Below, piece by piece: positions 48,273 through 57,783 of a stretch of 59,452 nucleotides of DNA. The position numbers and the translations under genes were made by a program. Numbering within the stretch: position 1 is the first letter of the stretch; the number at the start of each line of letters is the position of its first letter. The stretch covers positions 1 to 59,452 of IMG/VR virus record IMGVR_UViG_3300032301_000880; one strand, 5' to 3'. This DNA is from a virus. Taxonomy: Duplodnaviria; Caudoviricetes. The notes under the pieces were generated by a model. That model ran no database searches, had not been told where the DNA came from, and saw only the letters and a program-made list of their open reading frames with translations.

Positions 48273-49079
48273 TTACTGCCCCCTAAGCCCCTTAGCATTA
48301 TAATAATGTCCATCATCTGCTCTGTAGAATCCTTTGCTTCCTAATTCTCTTTCTGGCGCACTGGATAACTGTATTCTTAGGAAGTGTGTTACATCCATAC
48401 CTCGTCCTGGAACTGCTTCTGGTAGCCCTAAATCTTCTCTTAGAACAAACTGTCCATCCTTTAGCCCTACGCTACTCAGAATAGCTTTGTAGTCGTCTGA
48501 ATAGTCCTTATACCAATCAGCGTACTTGATATATCTTTCCAAGTGCTTCATCTCCGGAAAGAATATTTTCTTCATGGGATACGCTTCCTGAATAGCTTTT
48601 ATTTTTTCCCGTATAGCCATCTGCTCTAAGAAGCAATCGTATATCTGTTGCAAGTCTGCTAACAAATTCTCATCTCCTAATTTGGCTTTTACTAAGTTCC
48701 AATCGTTTCTTAGCGAACCTTTTTTACTCTTAGGATACTTCTGGTGGAATAATTCAAACAACCTAAATTCGTTGCTGTCCTCAGAGTACTTAGTTACTTT
48801 AGGGGCTGTTCGCTTCCCTTCATATACCCTGTTGTTTATCAGTTCATAGAACCCTTTGGCTGTCATACCCTGAGAAGGGAATAACTCCTTGCCTACTGCT
48901 TCCAGTTCCGTATGGCTCTTGCCATAATGGAAGGTAATAAGCATCTCCATAATACGCCTTCTTTCATCCCATGCTAACATTTTGGGAGTTAAAATGGCTG
49001 TCATATCCCTGAGAATGTTTTCCTTTGTTCTTGTTCTCCTACGCTTAGAACCCTCTGGAGAATCTATTGTTGTTGCCAT
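48273..49079 (-). CDS. Putative replication initiator / replisome organiser
   Basis: Likely start MATTIDS. FELFHQKYPKSKKG...MKHLERYIK resembles the phage 'FW..YP.K..K...p.twL' domain. Confidence 0.5.
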   Translation of the reverse strand: MATTIDSPEGSKRRRTRTKENILRDMTAILTPKMLAWDERRRIMEMLITFHYGKSHTELEAVGKELFPSQGMTAKGFYELINNRVYEGKRTAPKVTKYSEDSNEFRLFELFHQKYPKSKKGSLRNDWNLVKAKLGDENLLADLQQIYDCFLEQMAIREKIKAIQEAYPMKKIFFPEMKHLERYIKYADWYKDYSDDYKAILSSVGLKDGQFVLREDLGLPEAVPGRGMDVTHFLRIQLSSAPERELGSKGFYRADDGHYYNAKGLRGQ

Positions 49080-49171
49080 GTTAGTCTTTATATTCTCTTT
49101 TATACGCAACCGCCCCCGTTTTTGTTCGGAGGCGGGCTCATAAGCCTAAAGCATTAAAATAAGGGGCGGCA

Positions 49172-50380
49172 TTACTTACAGTACCATACTCCACTTGAGT
49201 ACAGGACTTCTCTCCATACGTAATTAGAAGCTAACACATACGTTGATGCTAATGCTGCGCCTGCAACTGCTATCATATTCCCGTTCCCATCAAGGGTTAT
49301 ATTATTTGTTCCTGCATTGCCGTACCCATCTGTTATTTCCAACATATCATTTTCTGTTGGACTTGCTGGGAAGTAAACCGTTAATGCTGCTGAACATAAT
49401 TTCTTTACTCTCTCAAACCTTTTAGCCGTTACTGGCGCACCTTCAACTGTTGCTTGCAGGTCGTTGAATCTTCTCAGCACCCTAAAGGTTTCTCCGGCTC
49501 TAAATTCAAGGTCGCCTGTTGTCCCTTGTACTTCTCCATCGTTGGCTAATACAGCCCCGCCACGAGTTCTAATTGCCCCGTTGACATCTAAGGTAGTAGT
49601 AGGATTACTTGCTCCAAGCATAATCCCTATCCTTGCGCTGACGTACTTAATATAACTGTCTAAAGCTATATCACCAGAGGTAGGACTATATCCATAGAAC
49701 CTGTATTCTGCTGCCGTTCCCATGATTTGCGCACGGGTCTTAGCCAACATCCTACTTGATCCTGTACTGTACTGAGGGATATTACCATCTGCCCAAGCAT
49801 CAGCAAAGAAGGCAGTCATGGTAGTTACCTGACCTTTACTATTTACGGTAATGGTAGGGGCTCGCATGGTTCCTGCTGGACTTGGAGATAGAGCTGACAG
49901 TTTGGCTGGCGTTATGCTTCCATCAGGGATGGAGAACATGTTCGGAACTGCTGCGCTCAAAGCAGCTACCTGAGAGGACGTATACGCACTGGCAGACGCA
50001 ATAGCCTGAGACCTAACCGTAATATCTTTGGTTAATATCTCGGCTGCAAAATCTGTGAATACGCTATTTAACGCTGCGCTTCCTTCAGGGAAAGCACTCC
50101 AACCAGTTTGCAAACCCCCATCATAAAATATATTTGAGGTAAAATGTAAAGCATCCGTTTCCGCTTCTACATCTCCAATCCTTGTTACCAGTCCTGCATA
50201 AGCAGAACTCAAAGATTCTAAGGTATCAACCCTTAAATCCATCTGGGTATAGGCAGAACCTACATTTTCCAGTTCCTCCTGGATAGTCGCTGGCTGAGTA
50301 CCTAAGTTGTTCTCAACAAAAGTTATTCCCGTATCGGATATAGAACGAATGACTGAAGGGCTGGTTACTTTTGCTCTCAT
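49172..50380 (-). CDS. Tail fibre protein
   Basis: Likely start MRAKVTS. ITVNSKGQVT, NPTTTLDVNGAIR and a C-terminal FPASPTENDMLEITD...NNITLDGNG fibre module. Confidence 0.7.
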   Translation of the reverse strand: MRAKVTSPSVIRSISDTGITFVENNLGTQPATIQEELENVGSAYTQMDLRVDTLESLSSAYAGLVTRIGDVEAETDALHFTSNIFYDGGLQTGWSAFPEGSAALNSVFTDFAAEILTKDITVRSQAIASASAYTSSQVAALSAAVPNMFSIPDGSITPAKLSALSPSPAGTMRAPTITVNSKGQVTTMTAFFADAWADGNIPQYSTGSSRMLAKTRAQIMGTAAEYRFYGYSPTSGDIALDSYIKYVSARIGIMLGASNPTTTLDVNGAIRTRGGAVLANDGEVQGTTGDLEFRAGETFRVLRRFNDLQATVEGAPVTAKRFERVKKLCSAALTVYFPASPTENDMLEITDGYGNAGTNNITLDGNGNMIAVAGAALASTYVLASNYVWREVLYSSGVWYCK

Positions 50381-50381
50381 G

Positions 50382-50882
50382 TTACACCTCGTTGGAATTG
50401 AAGTCGTATTGTGTAGCGAAGGCTTGGCCTCCAATATAAGCTACCACCACCAAAGCGTAGTCTGTATCGGCAACAATTCCAGACAAAGTTAAGTAATTCG
50501 TGGTTGTTGTAAGTGTGGTACAGAGGGTTTCGCTTTCAATCAAAGCCCCGCCTCTGCAATATTTTACCAGGTAACTATCCGCCGGAGGAAGTGGATCCCA
50601 GAACAAGCGATAAACGCCTGACTGGTTTTTGACTTCAACATTCTGAGGGTAGTTAGAATAAGCCCTTTGAGCATTGGCATAAGTAGGAAGCAAGCAAGTA
50701 TAGTCCTTGCCTACAGCCAAGTCTTTTTCCAATACTTTGTGGATTAAAAAGTTCCTAAGCAGTTTGTCCCATAAGCAACAGTCTGGTTTACCTATGCGGT
50801 ATACCTCTTGCTTACAGACTTTACCAAGGAGGGAAACCGCCTCGGCATTCATTAAAGTGTCGTTATCAACGCTCAGTGGCAT
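50382..50882 (-). CDS. Structural protein with FN3-like C-domain
   Basis: Likely start MPLSVD. PQNVEV..LFWDP..DSYLVKY..LSGIVADTDYALVVVA. Confidence 0.55.
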   Translation of the reverse strand: MPLSVDNDTLMNAEAVSLLGKVCKQEVYRIGKPDCCLWDKLLRNFLIHKVLEKDLAVGKDYTCLLPTYANAQRAYSNYPQNVEVKNQSGVYRLFWDPLPPADSYLVKYCRGGALIESETLCTTLTTTTNYLTLSGIVADTDYALVVVAYIGGQAFATQYDFNSNEV

Positions 50883-50883
50883 A

Positions 50884-51981
50884 TTATCCTCCGCATCCGC
50901 ATCCGCAGTCTGCACTACATATTGTTCCAGCCACATCCAAAGCGTCTGCTGCTGCCTGATAGTTTCTGGCATTTAATGCTGCCTGTACCGTTCTCTCGAT
51001 AATCAATAGCTTGGTAGCTTTCAATAAACAAGGGTTCTTACACAGCATATCATCATTGCAAGGCGTTTCTGCTATGTTGCAGTACGCTGACTTAACAGCG
51101 TCGGATAAGCACGTCTGGAACGCACAGTGAACAATAAAATATTCTTCATCCTTGTACTTACCAATAGCAATATCATCTTCCGCAATAACACTCCATGCTA
51201 CACTATTGGTAACATTAACGCTCACATGAACCACCCCATTAGCCTTATACAAAACTCCTGAGTTGTGAACAATAGCTCCATTCATGTAGGCTAAATTCAC
51301 AGACCCGCCTGTTGCTGAATTGTAATCCGGAACGGCAATTAATGTGGCTTTATATAGCCCATCTACAATTGCATAAGCCCCAGGAGTATAATTTACTATG
51401 GTTATGCCTGCACTTGGAGCCGCTAAGAATTCATCATAAGGCAGCGCAGAACAATATCGGTACGTTGACCCATCAGGGAACTCAAGTACCACGCTCCGGT
51501 AGTTAAATAATGCTTGAGTATGTTTAGGGTCATTGTTTGTTGTGTAATTACTGGTATCGGAGAACTCAATCTCTGATCCACAAGTACTCCCCAGGTCAAC
51601 CTCAAAGGTTCCAGTAGCGTCGAGTAAATTGGCTTGGAAAGGAATTGTTGGGGCAGTAGCACAATACAGCGTTTGGAAAATAGCCGTAAAGTTTATCTGG
51701 TCCTCCACTTGGTCAATAGGCTCTACAACAGTAAATCCAGCCGTTATCGTCTGGCTATATAAAGCCTGCAAGCTCAAGGTTACGCTTTGGGTAGCTAAGG
51801 GAGCAATTGTCAGAGACGAATAAGTCATTGTTCCCGCAGAGGACTGTAAGTTGGCAAACTCCAACGTCATTGCCCCCGTATTCTGTACATACACTACCGC
51901 AGTACCCGTTTGGTTAACGCATACACTCACACTGAATGTCGAATTACCAGGGAAACTGGGTAAGTTGATAGGGTTGTTCAT
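50884..51981 (-). CDS. Structural protein (Ig-like domains, Cys-rich C-terminus)
   Basis: VQNTGAMTLEF..LTIAP Ig-like domain and terminal CSADCGCGCGG. Late-type promoter. Confidence 0.55.
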   Translation of the reverse strand: MNNPINLPSFPGNSTFSVSVCVNQTGTAVVYVQNTGAMTLEFANLQSSAGTMTYSSLTIAPLATQSVTLSLQALYSQTITAGFTVVEPIDQVEDQINFTAIFQTLYCATAPTIPFQANLLDATGTFEVDLGSTCGSEIEFSDTSNYTTNNDPKHTQALFNYRSVVLEFPDGSTYRYCSALPYDEFLAAPSAGITIVNYTPGAYAIVDGLYKATLIAVPDYNSATGGSVNLAYMNGAIVHNSGVLYKANGVVHVSVNVTNSVAWSVIAEDDIAIGKYKDEEYFIVHCAFQTCLSDAVKSAYCNIAETPCNDDMLCKNPCLLKATKLLIIERTVQAALNARNYQAAADALDVAGTICSADCGCGCGG

Positions 51982-51995
51982 AATAAGCCAAAATT

Positions 51996-52026
51996 AAAAA
52001 AGGGATTCGGCAATACCAAATCCCTT
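51996..52026 (-). terminator. Intrinsic terminator
   Basis: AAGGGATTTGG-TATTG-CCGAATCCCTT-TTTT. Confidence 0.75.
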
Positions 52027-52047
52027 CGATTGTGAGTAAGCTACTGC

Positions 52048-52308
52048 TTATGCGTTAGCAGCAGATGTCCATTGAGCAACAGTTTCTTTAATGTAGATTT
52101 CAGAACCCGGAACTCCTTCATTGAATTGGATAATTGCATTGATGGAGGATACGCCTGTTACGGTTTGGGGAACTACCCGTCTTACATTAGCAACTAAAAT
52201 GCCAACGGTTGCACTGGAGACGAGAAACGTAGGCACACTTAAAGAATCATAAGTAGCCGTTTTATCGTACTTCCAGTTTACCTGAGTTACATTTACAGAA
52301 TTTGCCAT
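52048..52308 (-). CDS. Small beta-rich protein, possible capsid decoration
   Basis: 86 aa, monocistronic with its own TATCTTTG promoter and terminator. Confidence 0.5.
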   Translation of the reverse strand: MANSVNVTQVNWKYDKTATYDSLSVPTFLVSSATVGILVANVRRVVPQTVTGVSSINAIIQFNEGVPGSEIYIKETVAQWTSAANA

Positions 52309-52369
52309 TACTTGGTTAACCTTTCTGCAAGCAAAGATACAGTTTTATTTATACCGCCGGCAATTTTAT

Positions 52370-52705
52370 TTATTCAAGGGTTTTTGCCGGAACTAATTTC
52401 TTCTGCTCCAAATAATCTTGAAGCGCAAGGTTGCATATATGTTGAATTACACCCCTTGTTTCGGAGTTTAGATTTGATTTTTTAGACCAAATATCGCCTA
52501 TGTGCATCAAACAATCCCCAACAGTCAAGCTACTTCTTCCCATCCTATCGTACCAATCCCTCTCGTATCGCTTCCCTTCGGGTGGTTCTGGGCGCATACG
52601 CCTCTTGGCAACAAGTTCGTTCAAATGCTTCCTGACTAAATCTTGGAAATCAAAATCCTGAATAATTTCAGCAAGCGTTATTTTAATTGGCTCTGGATTT
52701 TCCAT
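52370..52705 (-). CDS. Hypothetical protein
   Basis: 111-aa ORF. Confidence 0.6.
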   Translation of the reverse strand: MENPEPIKITLAEIIQDFDFQDLVRKHLNELVAKRRMRPEPPEGKRYERDWYDRMGRSSLTVGDCLMHIGDIWSKKSNLNSETRGVIQHICNLALQDYLEQKKLVPAKTLE

Positions 52706-52708
52706 AGA

Positions 52709-53518
52709 TTAAAAAGGTAAATCATCCCCCCATTCTGCCTCTGCCTGAACTGGCGGTGCTTTCTGTGGCCTAACAGGGGCAGGCGGTTCTACCTGAGTGC
52801 CCACTACTGGCCTTTTTTGTGGCGCAGGAACGCTGGCTCTTTGCGGTGCTGGCGGAGCTTCAACTTCCTCAGCTACTTCCAAATCTGGAATGTCGTCAAC
52901 GAAAGCATCCCCTTCCGCAAACCCTTGTTCCATCATATCAATGGCCTCTTCGATAGTTGACTCTACCCATTCCTGAAATTCTATCTTCCAGATTTTAAGT
53001 TCCTTTTCTGAAAAATCAGCACGGTACGCTGGAGAACCATTGTCGCTTGCACCAATTAACTTCTGGTTAGGGTCAAGTTGTCCGTTGGCATAAGGAGCGC
53101 AAGCGTAAATAGAAATCCCTACAATGAGTTTTGGGTCGCCATTCTTTTTCCGCTTTGTCTTGTCCTCAAAGGAGTAAGGAACGAAGGTGTACAAATGCCC
53201 ATACGCCAACTGGTTTGCTTTGGTAGCAAAATCGGTAGCTTGTCTGCTTTCCGCAGGAAACGACAACTGATAGAATTGTCCATTGTTATCTACAACAATA
53301 GTAATTTCTTTAGCATTTATGGCTTCATTCTTGCGGATGGCGCAGGAAACTAAATGCCCACACACATAGTCGTGGAACACTTCAAAGACTTCATTGCCCT
53401 TTTTGTTGGTACGCTGGATGGCTCCAAGCGTATCTGCATCTACTTTTTGCGCCAACTTCCCATCAAAAATGGAAAGATACACAACGTGTTTCTGTCTAAA
53501 ACTTCCTAATCCACTCAT
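52709..53518 (-). CDS. Single-stranded DNA-binding protein-like
   Basis: Beta-rich N-domain, Pro/acidic linker and C-terminal WGDDLPF tail. Confidence 0.65.
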   Translation of the reverse strand: MSGLGSFRQKHVVYLSIFDGKLAQKVDADTLGAIQRTNKKGNEVFEVFHDYVCGHLVSCAIRKNEAINAKEITIVVDNNGQFYQLSFPAESRQATDFATKANQLAYGHLYTFVPYSFEDKTKRKKNGDPKLIVGISIYACAPYANGQLDPNQKLIGASDNGSPAYRADFSEKELKIWKIEFQEWVESTIEEAIDMMEQGFAEGDAFVDDIPDLEVAEEVEAPPAPQRASVPAPQKRPVVGTQVEPPAPVRPQKAPPVQAEAEWGDDLPF

Positions 53519-53706
53519 TTTGTTTTATCAATGATTTGTAAGTATACGCAAAGCGCATCAATAAGGTTACGCACTTCTGCCATGATTTCCTGCTTTAATT
53601 TCTTGTCTGGCAGGTAAGTATATCTGGCTAACAATGGCACAAGTTTCTTTGTCGCCTGCCCCAGAATCTCAGTAAAATTAGTTCCTAACTTCTCCCGATT
53701 GCTCAA
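53515..53706 (-). CDS. Hypothetical protein
   Basis: 63-aa coupled ORF. Confidence 0.5.
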   Translation of the reverse strand: MSNREKLGTNFTEILGQATKKLVPLLARYTYLPDKKLKQEIMAEVRNLIDALCVYLQIIDKTK

Positions 53707-53953
53707 TGGTGAGTACTATTTTAAGCCCAAATTTAGCCAATAAATTTATCAATTGCCATTGGTTAAAAACCCGGCTTCCATTCTTTTTCCCGGCGGTTAA
53801 CCAACCATAAAAGTCCTCCACACTTACTCCTACCTCCATACAAGCAACAGCAACATTAGGGCAACTCTTTTCTATATGCGCTTGCACCATCCCCCTTAGC
53901 GTATCATTGCTAAAGAGAATATCATAGTTCTCATTATACGGCAACAGCCTCAT
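53678..53953 (-). CDS. HTH-like protein
   Basis: VAVACMEVGVSVEDFYGWL. Likely start MRLLPY. Confidence 0.5.
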   Translation of the reverse strand: MRLLPYNENYDILFSNDTLRGMVQAHIEKSCPNVAVACMEVGVSVEDFYGWLTAGKKNGSRVFNQWQLINLLAKFGLKIVLTIEQSGEVRN

Positions 53954-55682
53954 GTATCTTAGCTTTTTTAGCAACCTCTTTCATTACCACTTCAAAGAAT
54001 GCCCTACCCTGTACCGGGTCAAAAGATTTCCCATGCACAATAGCATCTTGCTCCTGCTTCTTATTCTTAATTATAGCAGACAATACCTCATCCAAAGTAT
54101 CTACACAAGTAAGCAAGTACCATGAAACAACTTCTTTCTGCCCTATCCTATCCAACCTATCAGTTCCTTGGAAAAATTCCGCTGGTGTAAAAGGAAGGTC
54201 TAAGAATACCCCTTGCGAACAACACCTCTGCAACCCATTGATACCTGTTCCTGCTACTCCTAATGTAGCAAATAAAACTTCTATTTTAGGATCATTAATA
54301 AACTGTTCCCGAATAGCTAATCTCGTTTGGGTATTTGTCTTTCCGGTTATCAGTACCGAATTGTTTTTGAATTTGCCGTGTAGGATTTCAAGGGGTTCCA
54401 CAAACATAGAGAATACCAATACTTTTCCGTTGGGAAGAAGTTCCTCTTTTAAGAAGGACTGGCAGTGGGGAACCTTATACAATGCCAGAACCTTGAGCAT
54501 CCTCTTTAATGCTTGGTCTTTCTCCAAGTCCGATTGCGCCACAGCCATTTCCTGTAAGGCTTGTCTGTATGTTTCCCAGATAGCATCAGAATCTATGTAG
54601 TGGTTGCTTATTGTTTTACCCAGAGTATGCAACTCCTTAATATCTTCCTTTTTTAGCTTAGGCATGAAGTTCAATAAGCGTCCGTACAATTCTCCTGCAT
54701 TGGCAGGATTTAGTTTTGCCCGCCCTCCATTTGATGTTTTGCAGTAGTTGTTCTGGAACGTTCTTATAACCCTACCCATAGGGTGTTCGGCTATCTTCAG
54801 GTAAGCAATTAAATCCGTAACACTATTCTTATAGGGGGTTCCGGTAAGTAACATAACCTTCGCTTTAGCGTTCCGCTTCCTTTGGAAATGAATAATATCC
54901 GTTACCACCTGACTTTGTGCGCTGTCCCTGTTCTTAATATTATGCGCTTCATCCACGATAATATTATTAAAGGGATGCGCATTTAGTTCGTCGTAATATC
55001 TTTTAGCGTCCTCGTAGTGGACCACAATAAACTTCTCGTGTGGCATAGCATTGAATCCGGTTTTCTTTTTAATCTCCCGAATTGCTAATGGATCAACGCC
55101 CCAGTCTTTAACCAAATCATTTACCCATGATGGTTTAACATTGAGTGGACAAATAACCAATGTCTGTTCCCCATAAATCAGGGAAGCCGTTGCGCTGGTA
55201 ATAGTCTTGCCCGTTCCCATATCAAACGCCAAAAGCGAAGTTCTGGCATTGCATAAGAAAGGAATTTCCTCTTTTTGCTTCTCAAATAACCTGTCCAGAT
55301 ACGGAACCTTATGCCCGTGCCTCTCATAGAACATGGCTGTTTCAGTAGCGTACCCATCCCGGAACAAAGCAAAGAGTTCTTCATCCCGTTCCAAGTCCAC
55401 GATCTTAAATTCCCTCAACAGATGGAACATAGCCCTTCTGCGGACAGTAAGCAAATGGCCATACGCCTTATAATAATTGTCGTCATGGGATTCTACTGCT
55501 ACTCCATAGTCATTGAATAGCATTTCAATAGGGGATTTCCACTTCTCACCAAAGCGTTTCTCCAGAGTAAACATATCGGGTCTTTGGTACCTGTACTCCT
55601 TCGGCCAATAAAAACAGAAATAACCGCTTGAAGAAACGGTTATACTGATTTTGCCATATTTGGTACTACCCCTGCTAATCAA
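53934..55682 (-). CDS. SNF2-family (SF2) helicase
   Basis: DMGTGKT, IVDEAH, LLTGTP, KVLVFS, GTGINGL and QGTDRLDRIGQ. Confidence 0.9.
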   Translation of the reverse strand: MISRGSTKYGKISITVSSSGYFCFYWPKEYRYQRPDMFTLEKRFGEKWKSPIEMLFNDYGVAVESHDDNYYKAYGHLLTVRRRAMFHLLREFKIVDLERDEELFALFRDGYATETAMFYERHGHKVPYLDRLFEKQKEEIPFLCNARTSLLAFDMGTGKTITSATASLIYGEQTLVICPLNVKPSWVNDLVKDWGVDPLAIREIKKKTGFNAMPHEKFIVVHYEDAKRYYDELNAHPFNNIIVDEAHNIKNRDSAQSQVVTDIIHFQRKRNAKAKVMLLTGTPYKNSVTDLIAYLKIAEHPMGRVIRTFQNNYCKTSNGGRAKLNPANAGELYGRLLNFMPKLKKEDIKELHTLGKTISNHYIDSDAIWETYRQALQEMAVAQSDLEKDQALKRMLKVLALYKVPHCQSFLKEELLPNGKVLVFSMFVEPLEILHGKFKNNSVLITGKTNTQTRLAIREQFINDPKIEVLFATLGVAGTGINGLQRCCSQGVFLDLPFTPAEFFQGTDRLDRIGQKEVVSWYLLTCVDTLDEVLSAIIKNKKQEQDAIVHGKSFDPVQGRAFFEVVMKEVAKKAKIHEAVAV

Positions 55683-57034
55683 AACACAGGGGCTTCTGCA
55701 ATACCTTCTTCTTCTGAGTACCTAATCTCTAAGTCGCCACCATCATCATCCACCAATTCCCAGAAGGCTTGGTATCCCTTTTCTTCAATAACTGCTTGCA
55801 AGGCTTCTCTGGTATGCTTATCCATTAAGGAAGCGTCTGGTAAGCGTATAGCCTCCACTTGTGATAGCTGGGCTATGTTAAGCAAGATAGCAACCTTCAG
55901 CATTTCGTTACGTGCTATCTGGTTCTCGTCGTATGGTACGCCTTTGTAAAGTAATCCTTCATCCGTATAAGTTAATCCTTCTACCGGAATGTTTGCGGAC
56001 TTGATGATATCAATCTTCTGCTGTTCCAGTTCCTTTAGCCTTGTTGTTTTAGCTTCAGAATCGGCTTCTGCTTTTTGCTGTTCCTCGTATGCCTTGTAGA
56101 AGTTGTCGTATTCTGCATCCTTCTTAGCGTTCTGGGCAAGGAGAACTAAGTCATTTGCCAGCTTCTTCTCTGATTCCTCCCAGTGGGCTTTGTTCGCTCC
56201 TTCTAACCAGGTTGTGCCTCTGGTTACGCTTTCTTTTGCAACCGCCGCCTCATTTAATAAATCGTGGTTTTTTTGGGTTAAGGACTGAATTTCCGCCTGC
56301 AACTGCTCGATTCTCTCTGCATTCCTGCGTACCGAGGCCAGCGTGTTCTGCAACATATTGTTGAAGTCGCTGGTCTTGGTTTCAATATCCCTTATGGTAG
56401 ATAACTTAGCCCGTACCTTGGCTAACTCATCCTGAATCTGCTCCGCATTTACCGTTACGCTTTTTTTGTAGTTCTCAAAATCAGGATAGGCTTTCAAGAA
56501 ACTATCTACCAAAGCCTTATGCCTCTTTACCTCCCTGTTAACGTCGGTTCGCTCCTTGTAGATCCTATCAAACTCTTCCTGAATAATGTCGGTATTGATT
56601 CCAGCAATAGCCTTAACTATTTTCACCTGCTCCTCCGCCTTCATGTTAATGAACTTGAAAGGCTCAATTGTGTATGGAGCCATCAGAGATTCTAAGAAGG
56701 TTCTCTCAGCCCCCTTAGCCACTGGCGCACCCTGCTCATTGTGGATGGTTAGGTACTTATCCTTCTTTGTGATACTGCAATTGACAGTCAGGTTTCTTTC
56801 CTGATTGCCAACTACTACACTTATCTGGGCTTTAGCCTCCCCTTTTTTGATAGGATCAGGAGGCCACCCTTTGCCCGTAAGGACACACCAAATGGATTGT
56901 AATACGCTGGTCTTATCGTGGGAGTTGCCTCCAATAAGCCATACAGAACGCCCGTTAATAGGGGCTTCAAGTTCTCCAATGCCCTTGAAGTTTATTATAC
57001 GGGCATTTAAGATTCTAAAGGATTGCTTTGACAT
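55679..57034 (-). CDS. SMC/RecF-like coiled-coil ATPase
   Basis: IINFKGI, a variant P-loop GGNSHDKTS, a long coiled coil and C-terminal IRLPDASLMD. Confidence 0.75.
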   Translation of the reverse strand: MSKQSFRILNARIINFKGIGELEAPINGRSVWLIGGNSHDKTSVLQSIWCVLTGKGWPPDPIKKGEAKAQISVVVGNQERNLTVNCSITKKDKYLTIHNEQGAPVAKGAERTFLESLMAPYTIEPFKFINMKAEEQVKIVKAIAGINTDIIQEEFDRIYKERTDVNREVKRHKALVDSFLKAYPDFENYKKSVTVNAEQIQDELAKVRAKLSTIRDIETKTSDFNNMLQNTLASVRRNAERIEQLQAEIQSLTQKNHDLLNEAAVAKESVTRGTTWLEGANKAHWEESEKKLANDLVLLAQNAKKDAEYDNFYKAYEEQQKAEADSEAKTTRLKELEQQKIDIIKSANIPVEGLTYTDEGLLYKGVPYDENQIARNEMLKVAILLNIAQLSQVEAIRLPDASLMDKHTREALQAVIEEKGYQAFWELVDDDGGDLEIRYSEEEGIAEAPVF

Positions 57035-57111
57035 AGATTTTTGTTATACGATACCGCCCCCTATTTTGTTCGGAGGCGGGTACGGGCAAATGATTGTTTT
57101 TAGGGGCGGTT

Positions 57112-57783
57112 TCAATCAACCCCAGTAACTACCACTTTCTTTCTTTCAAAAAGAACATCATAATGTAAGTCATAATACTCAAATACTATATGCTTCTTCC
57201 AGAGGACAGGACTAAAGAACTGCAATATGCTTTCTTCTGAAAACCCGTTATCCTGTAATGCTTTTTTGTTTACCTCAATCATAACGAAGTCGGTACGTTT
57301 TAACAGATTTTGCGCCCCCTTTAATACAAAAAGTTCAAATCCCTCTGTATCTATTTTGAGCAACCCACATTTTTCGCCTACAAATATTTCATCCAAACTC
57401 TGAGTTGCTGTTTCACCTTTCGTTAAGCCACGACCCCCAAGGTTGCCCCCGTATTCGGTCATAAGCCCTATACGTTCCTCAAAGCCTATCGCCCACGGGA
57501 ACGCTTGCACATTAGAAAGGTTCTTGCATAAGCACTCAAAAGCATCTGGGTAAGGTTCAAACGCAAAGGTATCAAAGCCAGCATCCACAAACCACTTCGT
57601 AGAATCCCCAATGAAAGCCCCTACATCAATAGCAATTCTGCCCTTGGCGGGACCAACAATGTCCAATACCTTTTGGAAAGTGTCGTCCCACTTTAATCCC
57701 TTTTCTAAAATGTGGGGGTTCGTTCCAGTATCTCCGGCAACACACCACACCCCGTTGATTTCTTCTATGTTATTGTTTACCAT
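57112..57783 (-). CDS. FkbM-family SAM methyltransferase
   Basis: IDVGAFIG, AFEPYP, LKIDTEGFELFVLKGA and VMIEVN. Confidence 0.9.
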   Translation of the reverse strand: MVNNNIEEINGVWCVAGDTGTNPHILEKGLKWDDTFQKVLDIVGPAKGRIAIDVGAFIGDSTKWFVDAGFDTFAFEPYPDAFECLCKNLSNVQAFPWAIGFEERIGLMTEYGGNLGGRGLTKGETATQSLDEIFVGEKCGLLKIDTEGFELFVLKGAQNLLKRTDFVMIEVNKKALQDNGFSEESILQFFSPVLWKKHIVFEYYDLHYDVLFERKKVVVTGVD

